From assembly GCA_964106645.2 (NCBI GenBank), contig OZ067048.1: a stretch of DNA of 64,000 nucleotides; one strand, given 5' to 3'. Each line of letters opens with the position of its first letter. Positions within the stretch are counted from its first letter, which is position 1. This DNA comes from Podarcis pityusensis. Lineage: Eukaryota. The translations under genes and the position numbers were made by a program. The notes beneath the pieces are model-generated. The model did no database searches. It was not told where the DNA came from and was given only the letters and a program-made list of their open reading frames with translations. Shown in pieces: positions 38,601 to 54,345 of this stretch.

Positions 38601-40344
38601 TGTTTGAGTCCCCCTACTGATATCTCCCTCTTGTGCATGGATGGGTCTGTTTTTGCTACATAAGGACTGCCACTCAGAATTGAGATCTTTGTTTGTATAT
38701 CTGATAAAGAAAGCAATGTCGTTAAGAACGCATCTTTTTAAAGTTAATCTCAGTTTTGCATATACCTACGTGGTTATAAGTGGGCCAGAATTATGGTGTC
38801 AGTACAAAATACTCAGCAGTATTTTCTGTAGCTAGCTAGGTTTGCATATTATCAGTGCTTGGATGGGACACCTCGGAACCTTAATGTATGTCACTTTACG
38901 TTGTGTTTAAGAAATGTTGCATGTAAATGTGACCAATAGTTGCAGTGATAGACATTGTAATGAACTGAAAATAATTGCAATGAAATGTCATCCTGTGTCA
39001 CCCGAAAGAGCTGTATGTACCTTGTGAAAGCCGTGTTTGTGATGTTAATAAGGTTCTTAGTTCATAATTAATTTGTATACTTTGAATTTATTTGTTCCTG
39101 TATTGTGTTTGACCTGATTAATAGAGCTAATAAGAGTATTAGCAAAAATTGAACTTTTATAACCTGTGGTGTGCTTTGTGCATCCATTAAAGATTTAAAT
39201 ACTAAAAGAAGAGGAAATTAGGTGCAGTTAATTAGGTACTGTAGTTTAGGTCCAATTACAAAAGGTGGGGTATTTATGAATTGGTTATATTGGTAGTAAG
39301 GTTTAATAACTATTCAAAGGAACTAATATTGAAAACAACCCTAAATCTCTACTAGTGACAAAACAACAACAACCTAGGGAGCACATTAAATACCAAGCAG
39401 TGTTGCCAGCTAAAATAGTTCTCGATATGGAAATTCAGGAAACAAAATTAACACGTTAATTTCAATCCAAGACTTGTAGTGCCTTCTTGAGTTTGCTCAA
39501 GTGCCAGAGCTCTATGGAAGGGAAAGAGAAAGAAAGAAAAAAAACACTAACATGAGGAAAATATGTGCTTCCTAAACAGCAGAGGCCAACTGGTCACTTA
39601 GCAGAGGTGCAAAAGGGCCAATTTCTCTGGAGCAGATGAAGCTTGAGGAGAGGGGGAAAGAGGAAGGAAGAAAAGGTTCTGCATTCATCCATTTTTCTAC
39701 ACACTCTGCTAGGTCAGATGCTCAGAAGAACTAAATTCATTTGGTCTACTCTGAGCATGAGTAACATTGGATACAACTCCATGCAACTTCTTAACAAATT
39801 GAATCACACACCTTTGTCTTTTATAAAATGGCTCTGCATGACATGTGAATGCAGCCAAAGTCTAAAATCCAGTTGTAAAATATTAGTTTTAGCAATATCT
39901 TTTGTGTTCCTAGACCTGACTAACTTTGTATCATCTATTTTTAATATTTAATGTAGATGGAACTGTGTTTTATAGACTCTTAAATATTCTGTCACCTATA
40001 GGGTTTCCAGACTCTGAAACAGACCTTTTTAAAAGATAGAAAGAAGAAAGGATATTCTTTGGGGGCCATTTTTCAGACAGAAAAGTAAAGTTAAACAACT
40101 CAGCTATGTGCAGGGGCCTGTAAAATAAGCTCTGAAGAGCAGCAGTGATTGTGTTTGAATATGAAGTAAAATTCTGACAGTATGCCTGCTGTGTTTATTG
40201 CTGGTTGAACAGGAAATCAGTGATTAATCTGCCTGGCAGAATCATTTCCCAACAGCATTGGTAATCCACCATACAAAGCTACTAGCTTTCAAAGAATACA
40301 ATATCGGAAGTGGCAGGACTGCTAGACAAAAAGTGATGGAATTA

Positions 40345-40513
40345 CCGTATTTTTTGCACCATAACACTCAACTTTTTCCTCCTAGAAAGTAAGGGGAAAT
40401 GTCTGTGCGTGTTATGGAGGGAATGCCTATGGGTGGCATGCCTACGGATCTTCCTCCTCTAAAAACTATGTGCGTGTTATGGTCGGGTGCGTGTTATAGA
40501 GCGAAAAATACGG
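40345..40513. mobile_element. Tc1/mariner-type MITE (CCGTATTTTT termini)
   Basis: TIR CCGTATTTTT / AAAAATACGG; TA TSD; internal TGCGTGTTAT repeats. Confidence 0.82.
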
Positions 40514-40620
40514 TATATATCCCTTGGGTAGGACATGGTCTCAGAGCCTTCAACTGGTGAATTTAACAGACAGTTGCCTCTCAAACTAGGAAGTTTGAGC
40601 AATAATACTCAACTGGGCAC

Positions 40621-41330
40621 TAGGCCTGGGCAATATATCAGTATATCACCCAGGACCGGTATGAGGAGCAGACCATGACGTCAGCTTCACTCAGTGGTAT
40701 ATTGCTGGGGAAACCGCCACTGCTCCTGAGTCCCTATGCTCGCAGCGTTGGCTAGAGTTCCTTCCTCCAGCGGGCGCTGCTAGCAGAGGGACTCAGGAGC
40801 AGCGATGGTTTCACCAGCGATATATCGCTGAGTGAAACCATCATCCCACTCTGCCCTCATACAATGCAAAGGTAGAAACAAGCAAGGTGCCAATACAACT
40901 TGTTCCTCCGTCTGCATCTTTAAACTGCTCAGCCGAGGAGTGGGCAGCTGCCCTTACCTCAGTCGAGCAGTTAAAAGAGCCCCAGGCCAGCGTTGGCCCC
41001 CACAAGCCAGTGGCAGGGTGGGGGCTCAGTGAAACTGCTCAGCTGAGGGGAGCGCGGTTGCTGCTCCCCGCAATGAATAGTACCACCGAGGCTGTCTCAG
41101 CTGGGGAAGGGGAATGTTCCTGATCCCCAGCTGAGCAGCGCAAACAAGCTGCATTGTCCCAGCCCACAAGTGCCTGAATGAAACCCCCAGAACTGGGGCA
41201 GTTTCACCCAGTGTCTCGTGGGCAGAGACCAATGCATTTTGGTTTTTTCAACATTGTGATATATCGCCAAACCGCAATGTTTGGCTGGCGATACACTGCA
41301 ATGTTGAAAAGCTGGTATCACCCAGCCCTA
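40621..41330 (+). mobile_element. hAT non-autonomous element, 710 bp
   Basis: TIR TAGGCCTGGGCAATA / TATCACCCAGCCCTA; 8-bp TSD CTGGGCAC / CTGGGGAC. Confidence 0.85.
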
Positions 41331-43123
41331 CTGGGGACTTGAGCTGGATGTTTCTTGTAGCCTTAGTCATGATTCTGCAGTAACTGACAGTGGTGTCATA
41401 AACATACATTAACTTCTGGAAAAGGAGGAAGAAAGGCTGCATGAATTAGCAAGTTCACTGGCCCTTCAAATAGGGCTGATGCTAAATGGTGAATTACAAG
41501 TAGCATGTAATGGTAGGCTTTATTGCACGTTGAGCTTGTAAAAAAGGATGCCATGTGGTGCACTGAGATTTTGTTTTCTGCTTGGCTTTGATAGTCACTC
41601 ACAGGCAGTTTCAAATTATTTGTTGATCAAAATGCTCCCTCTCCTGTGTTTGTCTAGATTAAGATTTACAAAGATACATCCTGCTTTTACAAACTAGCAA
41701 CTCGTCCTTTAGAGAGGCATCCTGGAAGGCCTAGAACAGTCTACAGATAGACAAGTCTTTACAGCCAAAGATTTGGGTAAAGATAGTAATACAGCACAAT
41801 CCTAACCATCCCTAGTTGGAAGCAATCACCAACCTTGTTCCATTGTGGAAGTTCCATTGTAAAAATTACATTAATAAATCTGTTAATGATTCACTTCAAT
41901 TCTCCTTCAATTGAGGGAAGGCAGAATCTTCAACTCTGAGGCTCTTCTTCATTCTGTTACCTGACCTGTGGCAAATGTCTATTGTGATGTTGAAATTCTA
42001 AATAAGCAGTGCTCATTGTTATGAACCTGTCAGAGAAACAACTGCATTACTAGTTCCATGAGGTTTGAATGAGACTTAGTTCCAATAATGATTTGTAAGT
42101 GAACTGCCAAAAATGCTTTCAGATTTTCTTTTCATGGAAGGGGAAATGGAATATCACTCAGCTTCTGGCTTCCATATTATGGTGCTCAGGCAAGTAGACA
42201 GTATGCACAAGTAGCTGGGATGGCATTTCATCTCTGACAAACTTACAAGAGATTTTGTAGTGCTGAGGCTTCATCTTTCAAAATAAGTATTGGCCAATTG
42301 TATGGAAATGCGAACTATGGCATGTGAGTGTCATCTTCCAAGCAGCCACATTTAAGCTTGCATGAAACTCTGCATCTAAGAACCTTAGAACACTTCCTGA
42401 GGTTTTCATGAATCAGGAGCAATCTGTGCTGCTACTATGCAATCTTCTGAGATCTGGTGTCCTCTGTACCTCTCTTACCACAGTGCTACTGTATCTAGCT
42501 ATACTGGGTTGTTCCCCCTCCTCACAAGTTGCTGTTGTGTTTTTTTATAGAAACCTTCACTGGTGAGTCTTGAATAATCACACATTTAAGTAAAAGCTCT
42601 TAAGGAAGTAGCGGGTTAGGTGAAATATGGGAAATAACCTTATAGAGAAACTACCATTGAGGAGGACATTCTGTCCTGGTCCACAAACAGATCACAACTA
42701 ACATGTGATGCAATTATGTAAAAGGAGGTGGGAGGCGGCTATTGCATACCATTGGCTCTTACATGAAACAGACTACAATCTTTTGTATTGTGTGGCACGC
42801 CAATTTGTATAATACGATAGCTATAATTAATCATGCTACTGCTGCTTACCCTCAAGGGTCTGGACCCTGAGAGAGAACCTGGAGGCTGATAGATAGGGTG
42901 TGTCAGAAGGAAAAACCAATTAATACTGATTTATATATAGTTTATATATAGTAGTAACTTTGTGTTAATGCAACATTTTTATACGTAATTATTTTTGTTT
43001 AATATATCTGTTGTTGCTTCAGTTAAGAGATATTGTTAATATATTAAACAGTATAGAAATTAAATAATCATCAAACAAACCTCACTGCAAGGCATAATTA
43101 TTCTGTTCCTGCTCACTCTAGTG

Positions 43124-43252
43124 CAGCCTTCCCATAGCCTGGTCCTCTCCATATGTTTCATGTAGCAACTCAAATCATCCCCTGGCACTGGCTGTGCTGG
43201 CTGGGGCTGATGGGAATTGGAGTTCAAAACGTCTGGAGAACACAAGGTTCTG
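43124..43252. mobile_element. Older palindromic hAT MITE related to 54733
   Basis: CTCCA.ATGTTT...CAACTC..ATCA...TGATGGGAATTGGAGTTCAAAACGTCTGGAG fold-back. Confidence 0.6.
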
Positions 43253-44162
43253 CTCTAACGAAAAGTTGCATACCACTGAATTAATACTTCCCTTCCCATG
43301 ATGGTCTGAAGGGATCATTTTAAGCTTTGGGGCTGAAGGAGTGTTCTGCATGAATCTGCTCTATGCTGAAGTCCATCTGTTGTCATCATAATCAAGAAAT
43401 ACCATTTTAAAGGGAAACATCTAATGTAATTGGTTTCTGCTGCTTTCATTGGTTTGGTGTTGTATGTTTCTATGCACTGGTTTTTAATTGTAGTCTGGTT
43501 TTTATTGAATTGTTGCTGCCTTGGAGATTGGTGTCTCGGTCAAAAATACAGGATATTAAATGTGTCAATAAATTTTACTGCATTCTCAGTAGTAATTCTA
43601 CTCATGCAGTTAACTTATTTTGTAGATCTTCATTAATGTTCAGAGTTTGCTTCATTAATCTTTCTGTTTCATAAAGGTACTATATTCTGATTTTTCTTGA
43701 TTGGATCCTGACAGTGCAACATTAATAATCATGATTATCTCAGTTTGGCTGAATATAGCAACTGATATGAAACATAATGATTAACTTTTATTGGGTCTTT
43801 TAATGTGAATTGTCATCTGCTGTGGTATCTATGATAAAGGCTGGATATAAATATGAATAAATGAAAATACCTGTGTGGTGTGTGTTGTTGTTTTTTAAGA
43901 TTAAAGTAGCAAATTATGGAAAAGGCTTTATCTGAGATTTTAGAGAGCCACTGCATGTCACAGTAGTCCGTACGGGGGTACATAAACTGATGGTCTAATT
44001 TGGTATATGGTAGCTTGTTAAAGGACTGCTAAGACTGTCACAGAAAATGAAGCTGGTGAAATCAGGTTTAACATGATTTGGGCCCAGTGAATGGTCTGGG
44101 AGTATCTGGAGCGGCAGCATTGCCAAAACTAAGCAGGTATGAACTTGGTTGGGAAACAATGA

Positions 44163-44405
<243 letters not shown>

Positions 44406-47400
44406 TAATAATGGTGTGTGGTTATGGATGAGCCTCCAGGGGCTTTGATTAAACACTTCAGTGACATTTCTATGGCAAAACAGATGCTGATGTCCTCAAG
44501 AACTGAAAATCCTATTTAAGTATTGTAACCTGTGATATGAGAATGGGTATAATGAGTGATATGACAATTATGTAAGACTTTGCACTTGACAAATGTAGCA
44601 GTAATGAAAGGCTTGGTGATACTTGGAATCAATGTGTGGCAATACAGAAAATAAGCAACATCAATTATATCCAGCAAATAAGAATTTAAACTATTTTGAG
44701 CAAGCTATCATATGCTAATGGTAAAGTTTAAAAATAGATTGTTACAAGGATTAAAGTAGGAAGAACTTGTAGTGGTTGTTAAAAATACAATGCTAAAAGT
44801 GCTGTTGAATTGATCTTGAAGATAATGACTGGATGTGATGTTAGTTTTCAAAGGTTTTTGAAACTAAAACTGAACTATGATTTAGTTTTTTGTGTTCTTG
44901 TATAGTGGTTAGGCATAAAGATAACATTCCTAATTAGATTAAAGTCACACGGTTAAAACATTTAATATTCTGATTTGGGTCTGAATGATGGATCTGGTGC
45001 TCGTGTGGCAGTATAAGCAACCAGCTGTTGATTTTTCAAAGGGTATTATGAAGTTACAGAAGGAGTGAACTTTCCATTAAACATCTTTCCTTGAAAATCA
45101 GATGTGCTTTTCTTTATTCAGAACATTTATAGGATGCATATTTTGCACGCAAGCCAGTGTTAAATAATATACAATAGAATGGAAACACTAAATGCATTCT
45201 TTCAAAAGGCTATAAAGTCAACAAAGCCAAAAACTCACAAAGCAACATCTAAAAGAGCCTCAGCAACTGAACTTGGAGAAAAGGGGGGGAAATGCATGTG
45301 ACCCTTCAGGTGATAGACTTCAACTCCCATCAACCTCAGTCAACATGATTAATGGTGTTGGATGTTTAAAATGTTGCACAAAATCATAGTGTTTTTGGTA
45401 TCTGATGAAAACAAAGAAAGTAATACAACAATCCAGAACTGTGTGTGAAAAAATAATAGAAACAATAATACAATGAGTCTAATCAGAAGTCAAATGTGTT
45501 TATTTTGTTTCTCTCTTTTTAAACTCTTCCTTTAACCCTTTTTTTCTTTTTCTTTTTTTCTCTTTTACCCCTTTCCTTTTCTTTTTCTTCTATTTCTTTT
45601 CCCCCCTCCATACCCTTTTTCTTTGGTCCTTTTCCTTTTGATCTGCTAATAAAGAGCTAAAGAGATAAAAGTTAAATATGAACATTTGAGTAAGTTAAAG
45701 TGACGTTCTGTAACTTGTCAATTATTGTTAAAGATGGGCAATTGTAATGAACTGATGTAGTTACTGTGGTTTTTCTTGTTACTGTTGAATCTTGAATAAA
45801 TATATGAAATTTAATAAAATAAAATGTTGAACAAAATCAGGGTGCAGGGCCAGGAAAATGCAGCAGAGGAGAAAACTCAAAACTGGTCAAGCATTATATA
45901 AAAAAACTAAGCATATATGAATTTATGTAGTGAGCCAAAAAAACACTACCAAAATAGCTCACACAGCACTAAAATGGCTCCAGTTAAATTAAGGTGGTGA
46001 GTTGTTGCAGTCTTTTTGGCACTGTACTTTGCAGTGTGCCCAACTATCCTATTAGCAAAGCTTAAAACAAGTTTTCAGTTATGTTTAAAACAGGGAAAGG
46101 CACAGGATATCCAGGGCCCAAACACCTGAGATGAGCACCTCCAGCAAGCACACCTGCATTTCCCTGAGGTGGCAAACTACATATCATATGCAAGAATCTG
46201 ATTGCACTTTTAAAAGTAAAAATAAAGTTGCTTTGGAAGTGGGAATATAACACAAGGAAGCAACATAACACAGAGAAGGTGGTCATCCCTGTCTCCATAC
46301 TAAACTGCTTCTCTGTTCCATGGGCTTTCAAATGAGTATCTGTTCTCTCAAATGGGTGTTTTAAACTCCACATACATTCAATCAAAAATTGAATGTATTA
46401 GCTTAACTATCCCATGAGGTTACAGCCCAAAGACTTCTGCCCTAACTGTTTGGTAACTAGTGGGCAAGCGACATTAACCCTTTATTATGTGATTGAAGAA
46501 CTACTTTTCTCTACTGATCCAGTAGAGAAATTCCTAACTGATGTTGAAATAAATGTATTTTTGCAACTGAGCCTTGTAACATGGGCTGAAATCTTAGCTA
46601 TGTTGAAGGAGTCAGTCCAGTAAGATACTATCTTTGCCTCTCCTTGGACTTTGAGTTGAGGCAGATAACTTTCTAGAAATACTGTATTCAGGACTTTGTG
46701 TACTGTACTTTGCTCTCATATCATTTTTTAAAAAAGTAAATCCACAAAGCAGCACTTAGAAAATCAAGCACTTTATTTTATTTTATTGGCTGCTTTTCTG
46801 CTAAGATTCCCCAAAAGGTTTCAAGTAAAATGTGTGTAGACAATGGAGATAGAAAACACAAAGGGCTAATTTCAAACCTATCTGATGTGACTACCCGAAA
46901 TTAGATTGCTCTGCAAGAAGAAATATAATATATGATATCCTTCATGATTAATCAGATTATACCTTTAGAGCCTTTGACAATACTACTAGGTTGTGTGGAT
47001 GGCAATTAGAGTTAATACAGAATCTTCCAAGTGTATCTAGAATTCTAGCAACTCAGAAATGGAGGTGAGCTTCACCACCACAGCTTGGCAATAGCTAGCT
47101 AGAATTTGGGATATAGCAGAGATTCTGAAAGAATACGTACTTTGGAGAGATAGAAGACAGAGAAAAAATTGAATTACTGGTAAACATTGATTCCCATTTA
47201 GTACCTGTATAAAATCCTGATGCAGCCTGGAAAAATTGATCAATGTAGAAATTTCTTCCTGCTGTAAAACATATCTATTTATACATAATTATATTTAAGT
47301 TACATATACCTTTTCTACTTTCACATTTATATATTGATTTAAGGTGATTGTTCTATGTCTGCTTAAAGATAGTCTGTTCTATTTCTTTATACACTATTCA

Positions 47401-50400
47401 AGTTTTTGAGATATCTAAAAATGTATGGCTAGAGAGCTATATGCAACTCTTGTTAAAAAACAAGTAAGCAAGCAAACTTATTTTCATATGCCTATTTCAG
47501 TACAGAGCTTAGTAGTAGAGCACATGTTTTGATTGCAAACCAAAAGGTGCCAGTTTTGCTCCATGTCTGAAATGCTGGAGAAGCATTTCCAGTCTATCTG
47601 GCCCCAATAGTCTCACTTGGTGTAAGCAGCTGTCTATATTCCTATTACCTATGCTTGTATGGGGCAAAGTGCCACGGAGGGTATAGAAGCCCATTTGCTT
47701 CTGACTCTGGGATCTGATACTTTGCTAGGCAGTACAACTTTCAAGACTAAATCTGGGGTAGGCAACTGGTGCCTTCAAGGTTGTTGGAATACATTTTCCA
47801 CCAGCCACTGCTTTGGGGCTTTCCATAGGCAGCTGGCTACTGTCCGAAAGGGGATGCTGGACTTGATGGACTTTTGGTTTGATCCAGCAGGGCTCCTCTT
47901 ACTATTTGATCCATAGCAATTTTTAAAAGCAAACTTTTATGCAAGCTTTGTTTATATGTAGAGCAAGCTGAGATTCAGGATGCAGAATTCTGTGCCCGGT
48001 GAAAAACTGTATGGTGCAGTTGTCACAACACAAATAATGAGGGTGCCCTTATTATATTCCATAAAGAGATGCAATAAATTCAATAGAGAGTGTTTCAGAA
48101 CAATAGAATTGGCAGGAGGGGTTTAAGCATTATCTTTTACAATGTGTCCAGAACCCTGAGGTCTGCCTTGTATGCAAGCTTTACTCTGAAGTAGCTAGGT
48201 CTGAACTCTCTATAAAAATAAAATCTAACCTTGATTTTAAATTAAGAAACCTGAAGCTGTACAGGCTTTTTCAGCTAAAGCCAGACATGTATGAACCTTT
48301 AATCATTTAAAATTAGGCTGTTTTGAAAACATTTGTAAATGCAGAGTAACCGGAATATAATAAAAGCATGATAAAGGTTACTGTTGGACTTTGACCAATA
48401 GTAACCTTAAGCAAAGTCTTCATCTTCTTTTTATTGCTTCCATCTAGTGGCCACTATTGTTCATGACATGTCATTCTTCATCATTATTTTCTTCCCAAGA
48501 TTTTAGTTTGCAGTCTGGTGTAGTCACTTCATCTAAATGGCATAGTTATGATTTTCTGTTTCAATATGAGGAAAGATAATAATAACAGTAATTTTATTAT
48601 ATATACTCTGCCCATCTGGCTGGGTTTCCCTGGCCACATGAAGTCTCATGTGATCCATGTGAGTGTGTGCTTACATGTAGATATGCATAGTTAGATCATG
48701 TGTAGGTGAATTGCTTTCCTGAAGCCAGTATCTTATCATTAAACCTAAATACATTTTCCTGATCTATCCATCCAGTTTGCTTAAGAAACTGTTTCTAATC
48801 TGGTCTCATAAAGTATTCCTGCAGCTTTGGTATTTGATGATTGTACCAGCCATATGTCAAAACTCTATCTCAACATGGTCATATGTGAACAACAAAATAC
48901 GTTTATTTCAAAGTATTTCAAAGTTTATTTCAAAGTATTTCCCATGCCTCTTTTGAGAAAGCAAGTGCCCAGTTTTTGTGGTTATGAAAAGAGCTTTTTC
49001 TTTACAATTCTTTGAACAGTTTCCCGCTTCCTCATCCATATGTGTCTCCTCAACATCCCATTGAGATCTGTTTGTGGATTTGTTCTAAGGAGTATGGCTG
49101 CTCTTCAGTGCCATCAGTCCCTTCTCAGCCAAGACACCCTCCTTGAGCAGTGCCAAAGGATGTCCTCTGTTCAATTCCTGTCTCTGTCATTTGGGGCAGA
49201 ACAGTTCTTCCTAATGAACTACCCCTTTATGTTGTCTGACTTTCTGCCCAATTCCTCTTCACCCTCTTGTTCTGAGTTCCATCAGATTCTAGGTGTATGA
49301 AATACTACTATTGGTGAACTTGCACCTCTCCTTTAAATCATTCAGCAGTGTCTTTGATGATATGTGTGTGCATTCTGTGAGAATCTTCATTGCATAACAG
49401 CTTTCACCAGTCTTATTTTCCTATGCCTTCCTGTTTTTATTCTGTTTTCATTCACATAAATCTTCCTCTTACCTACTTCAATATATTATTTCAGTTTGAT
49501 GCTGCTTAACTTTCTATCTCCTTTTATAACTTGATTAATAAAGTACAGGTCAAGCAAAGTGGTATTTCACATGTAAAGAGTGTTGCATAGAATTAGTGTC
49601 AAGCATCTGTAGTGTTTTATCCTGCTACTTCCCAATTCCTAGGTGTGGCTTTCTAATTGGAGAAGAATAGCTATTTGTGTGTAGCTGTTATGCAATATGT
49701 AGGCCAGGCTAAAAAAAAGTCAGTGGGTGAATACATTAAGCTTCATGAGGGGTTAAAGGAAATTTATCTAAATATGGGAAATCAGGGCGTGGGACCAGTG
49801 ATGCTTCCTATGAGTCTGTGCTTTTTCTCTCTGAAGCATTACTGACCCACTTAAGGAAATCCCTATCGGACGATTGAGTCAGCAGTGAAGGTCTGATGTG
49901 ATTGAATACTTAAGCTATTGTGTTGCTGGATGCTGTTTCACTGATGGTGTGCTTTGCTGCTACTGCCTGCACCAACAGAATATTACACAAGGCTTTAGGA
50001 TCATGTGGCTTTCCCCTCCTCGACTGTCAACCTATGAAAGAGCTTTCTGAAAGGAATAATGGAGTCTATTCAGAGATGCAAAAAGCTGGTGAAGATGTTG
50101 CAGTGTGCTTTGTTAGTTCTGAGTATAGCTTTGAGGCTACACCCATGCATGGATATTTGACAAAATGGCTTCTGGATGTTCAGCATGGTAATTGGCATTA
50201 GGGTTTAATATTGTGCATTGATTGCTACAATAAGAATGAGCAATTCCTTTAATTTCAAGGTAGTGACTGTCAGCTTTTCTGTTGAGTAGACTTTGGCTGC
50301 CTCTGTTTTAGCAACGTGGATTATTCATACTTAGGGTGGAAGACGCTTTTATCAACATTTTTCATCTTGATTATAACGGAGTTATTCCTACAGTGAATTA

Positions 50401-50889
50401 CTAATGATCTGCTCTGCAAGACATAAAAAGTTCGGCATTGAACTGCTCCGCCTTAGATGCTGCAGTCATAGAATGGTGGGGCTTTGCATGATGCTTGCTT
50501 TTTCTTCTTATGCTTTTTGCATGTGCCACTAACTGCTACACATATATCTCTATGCACTAATAATATTCCTTCCTTTTCTGAAGCCCCACTGCAATTCCCC
50601 CCATATTTAGCTTTATCTTCCCCCTACCCCACCGTGGTAACTAAAAATAATTGTTTTTGTAATTGTCATTAATAGTCTCAAAATATGCAGATGTTGACAC
50701 TGCACGTTACTCTCTTGTCCTTGGTTGTTGTAGCAGATAAAATTGTACAAGGAGTGCACATATTGTAAGTCTTAAGTACAATTAGCAAAACCTGACTCCA
50801 ATGACACACACCTCAGTTGCACATCAAGAATGAATTACTGCAGTGCACTCTGCACTGGGTTATTGCTGAAAAGTTTGGGGAAGGTGCAT

Positions 50890-51130
50890 TTGATTCATAA
50901 TGCAGCAGCAAGGATGTTATTGGGCACACACCCATGGGATCATGTTACTCTTGTCCTACAGTGTCTGCATTAACTTCTAATTTGCTTCTGGACACAAATC
51001 AAAGTCAAGCGTGGGAGCATGATTGATGTCCACAAGAGTTAAGGCCTTCTCAGTGACTGTAGCAATACTGTGGCGATACTCTGCCCTGTCTTTGTAAAGC
51101 AAATAATCCCTTCTCTGGCTGTCTCTCATG
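50890..51130 (+). mobile_element. L2 LINE remnant
   Basis: Degenerate NAAARML...DHVTLVLQCLH*L and AFSV motifs. Confidence 0.55.
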
Positions 51131-51684
51131 CTGACAAAGACATTTTCATTCTGGCAGGTTCTTCCCTGCTAAACTTCATCTGTGGTAGGCATTTTTATCT
51201 GTGAACTCTTGTTTCTTTAAAATGTATTTTACTATTTGTGTATTGAGTATTTTACTGTTTTGGAAGGTCAGGGAGGGTTAATACATGTATGCATACTCTT
51301 GACTTCTGGCAAACTCTTCATGACAGTGACTAGTTAAAATCCTGGGGAACCACAAGATTCAGGTAGGGAACAGAAGACTTATTAATAGGCTGCTCCAATG
51401 AAATACGCTTACTCTTGTGTTGAATTTACACGAGGTCTTGGCACATCATGCCATATATTGATACATATACTGCATCGCCTCCACTCATCTGTCCTCTTCG
51501 GCTCTCCTTTTTCTACTACACCAAATCGAGTCTTTCATGCTTAAAGTTGAAGTAGTATATATTAACTTGGCTGCATTTCTCTAAGCACTATCCTGTTTAA
51601 AGAATATCATTTTTGAAAAATCTCTTTAATGGGGATTTGCCTCTTTACATTTCATAATTAATGTATGTGTTCCTCTTTCTTCAG

Positions 51685-51792
51685 ACTGAATCTGGCTATG
51701 GATCAGAGACGAGCTTACGGCGCCATGGCTCTATGGTATCCCTTGTGTCTGGAGCGAGTGGGTATTCGGCAACATCGACCTCCTCATTCAAG
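51685..51792 (+). CDS. CERT1: CERT1 exon 4 (serine-repeat motif)
   Basis: [36 protein letters not shown]; 108 nt; AG/GTTAGT. Confidence 0.97.
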
Positions 51793-52030
51793 GTTAGTGA
51801 CAAAGAACGTAAAGGTCTTACAAATGATTCCTCATCCATACCCCAAGTTGCATGCATCCTGTGATAACCTCATAATGATGTATTTTTTGCTGTTTTGTCT
51901 ACTTAACTTTTTATTGATTTTTTTCGTTACATTATTGCCTTGTTAACTGCCTTGGTATTTCTTTTGAAATAAAAGTTGATATAGAAAGTAATACAGTAAA
52001 TAAAAATAAATAACAGCTGAATGGTTTTAA

Positions 52031-52207
<177 letters not shown>

Positions 52208-52750
52208 TAAACAAAAGGCATCACATTCTAGGGTCTGATAGGAAAGTAACAAGTGTTACAAACTGTCATATTTGTAACTTTTGTTTAAAAAAATTGACAA
52301 GTCTTTCAGCTGTCTAGCACAGCATTGCCCAACCTCCTTCATTAAAGGTAATTGTATACTTGCTTCCCATACACTTTATTCTGCTCTCTTCAGATCCCCA
52401 TCTTCTCTTCCTCTTCCCACTAATGCTGTTGATATGTGTGTTTTTCATAATTGCTCTTTCACTTTACCAGTCATACATGGGATGCATAGGCTTACCGCAG
52501 AGTCATTTGTAGATTGGCATTTATGCTGAGTGCACATACACAATGGACTTGGGTTACTGGTGCAGGATGTAAGGCCTTCCTACACTGATGTAATACAAGT
52601 TCCCTGTGACTATTCACATTCCATCACAATAGGGTTACATTCAGAAGTAACCCTGCAGTAAAATGCTAATAGAGTCATAATCACGAAAACAGAAACTTGT
52701 GCATTGCTGCTCTGAAGTGATACCCTTTGTCGGGCGGGCTTGCTCCAAAG

Positions 52751-52930
52751 TAGTAGCAGTAGTAGTAATAATAATAATAATAATAATAATAGTAATAGTA
52801 ATAATAATAATTTATTATTTATACCTCACCCATCTGGCTGGGTTCCCCCAGCCACTCTGGGCAGCTTCCAACAAAATATTAAAATACAATAGTCTGTTAA
52901 ACATGAAAAGCTTCCCTAAACAGGGCTGTC
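52751..52930 (-). mobile_element. LINE 3' end (probably L2) with (AAT)/(AGT) microsatellite tail
   Basis: (AAT)n next to TTTATACC..CCCATCTGGCTGGGTT.CCCCAGCCACTCTGGGCAGCT; second shorter copy at about 48577-48636. Confidence 0.6.
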
Positions 52931-53494
52931 AGTAAGTGTGGATTAGATGCAGCCTTAGTGAAAGCAGTGCTAAAATGTCTCAGGTTGGAAGGAAATGTCA
53001 CTACTAGCTTTGATGCACATTTTGCTGTACCTGGCCACATGTTCACTCTGTGTTTTCATATTTCACAGCAAAACTTAATAGAAATGTAGCGGTGGGGGTA
53101 GCCAAGGGTTCTTTTGTTTCCGTCAAGAATCCAAAGCTGCAAAGTTACTTTGAGTGATGTCACAGAGCACATGATGAAATATCACCTCAATTGTTTTGCT
53201 GAACAGATGTGTCAGAATAGCCCTCAGTGTGGCTGAACCACCAGTATCCCCAGCATTTGGATCCCTGCTAGCCTTAACTTCCTGTTGCTTGTACATGATA
53301 AAAAAATAATAATTTATGACCATGTTGCAGTGTACACTGAAATTATACACTGAAATTACACACACATAAGAGTAGTAGTAGTAGAGTATGTCTCGTTGAC
53401 TCTCCAGATACGACTGCACTGGCAAATTATTTTTCTACTGCTCTTTCAATTTCCTCCAAGGCCCAGTGGTAATCAATGCTTCTCTTTGTTGTAG

Positions 53495-53578
53495 TGGTAG
53501 AAGATGATGAAGATGATTTCCCTACAACACGCTCTGATGGGGATTTTTTGCACAATAGTAATGGAAGTAAGGAAAAAT
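53495..53578 (+). CDS. CERT1: CERT1 exon 6
   Basis: (V)[27 protein letters not shown]+T; 84 nt; ttgtag / GTGAGT. Confidence 0.95.
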
Positions 53579-54345
53579 GTGAGTACGCTTAAATGTATGG
53601 TTGTCAAAATGTTCTAAAGATATAAGAACAGTGATCCTGAAGCAAATTAGCCACAAAATAACTGTTCTTTAGAGACTTACAATGGAACCCTATGCATGTC
53701 TTCTTAGAAGTAAATCTTAGTATGTTCACTGGCACTTACACCCAGGTAAGTTGGCGTATATTGCAGCTACAGAGTTCAAAAATTCTTCAGAGTTTCAATA
53801 AATGTGCTCTGGTAATAAATTATGTGTTCCACTAATAAATTATATGTACTGATTTGTAGTTTAACCAACCTTCAGTTGCATCTCCTAGGTTAGCCTTCTG
53901 TAGAACTGTGGGGGAAGGATCTTCTCTATAAAACTAGTTAACAATCACAAAGTTTTATTTCTAACTTGAAATACCTCCCCATTGGCTGTATCTCTTTAAT
54001 TTGAAAATAGATAGTGACTAATTCCCATGTGATCAGATTTAAATAAAAGTTGCCTCATCCCAGTTGATTGTGCACAATTATGTTTAGGTGGGCATCTTCA
54101 GCTGTCACTTTGAACTCTCCTTTTTTCTTTTCATTAGCATTGTAAACTACACGTACATCTTGTCATGAAATATGACAGGTATTTTAAACTACTTAGACAC
54201 GTGTTCGGGGGAGGGGGTTAGTTTGCTTTCTTTCTGACTACTGATCTTGTACTTGGTTGTGTTTCCTTGCTTGAAAAGATGTAAAAACCTTTATCTTACT
54301 ACTTCCACCACAAGATGATGTGTTGAGAATTTATGCAAACATGTA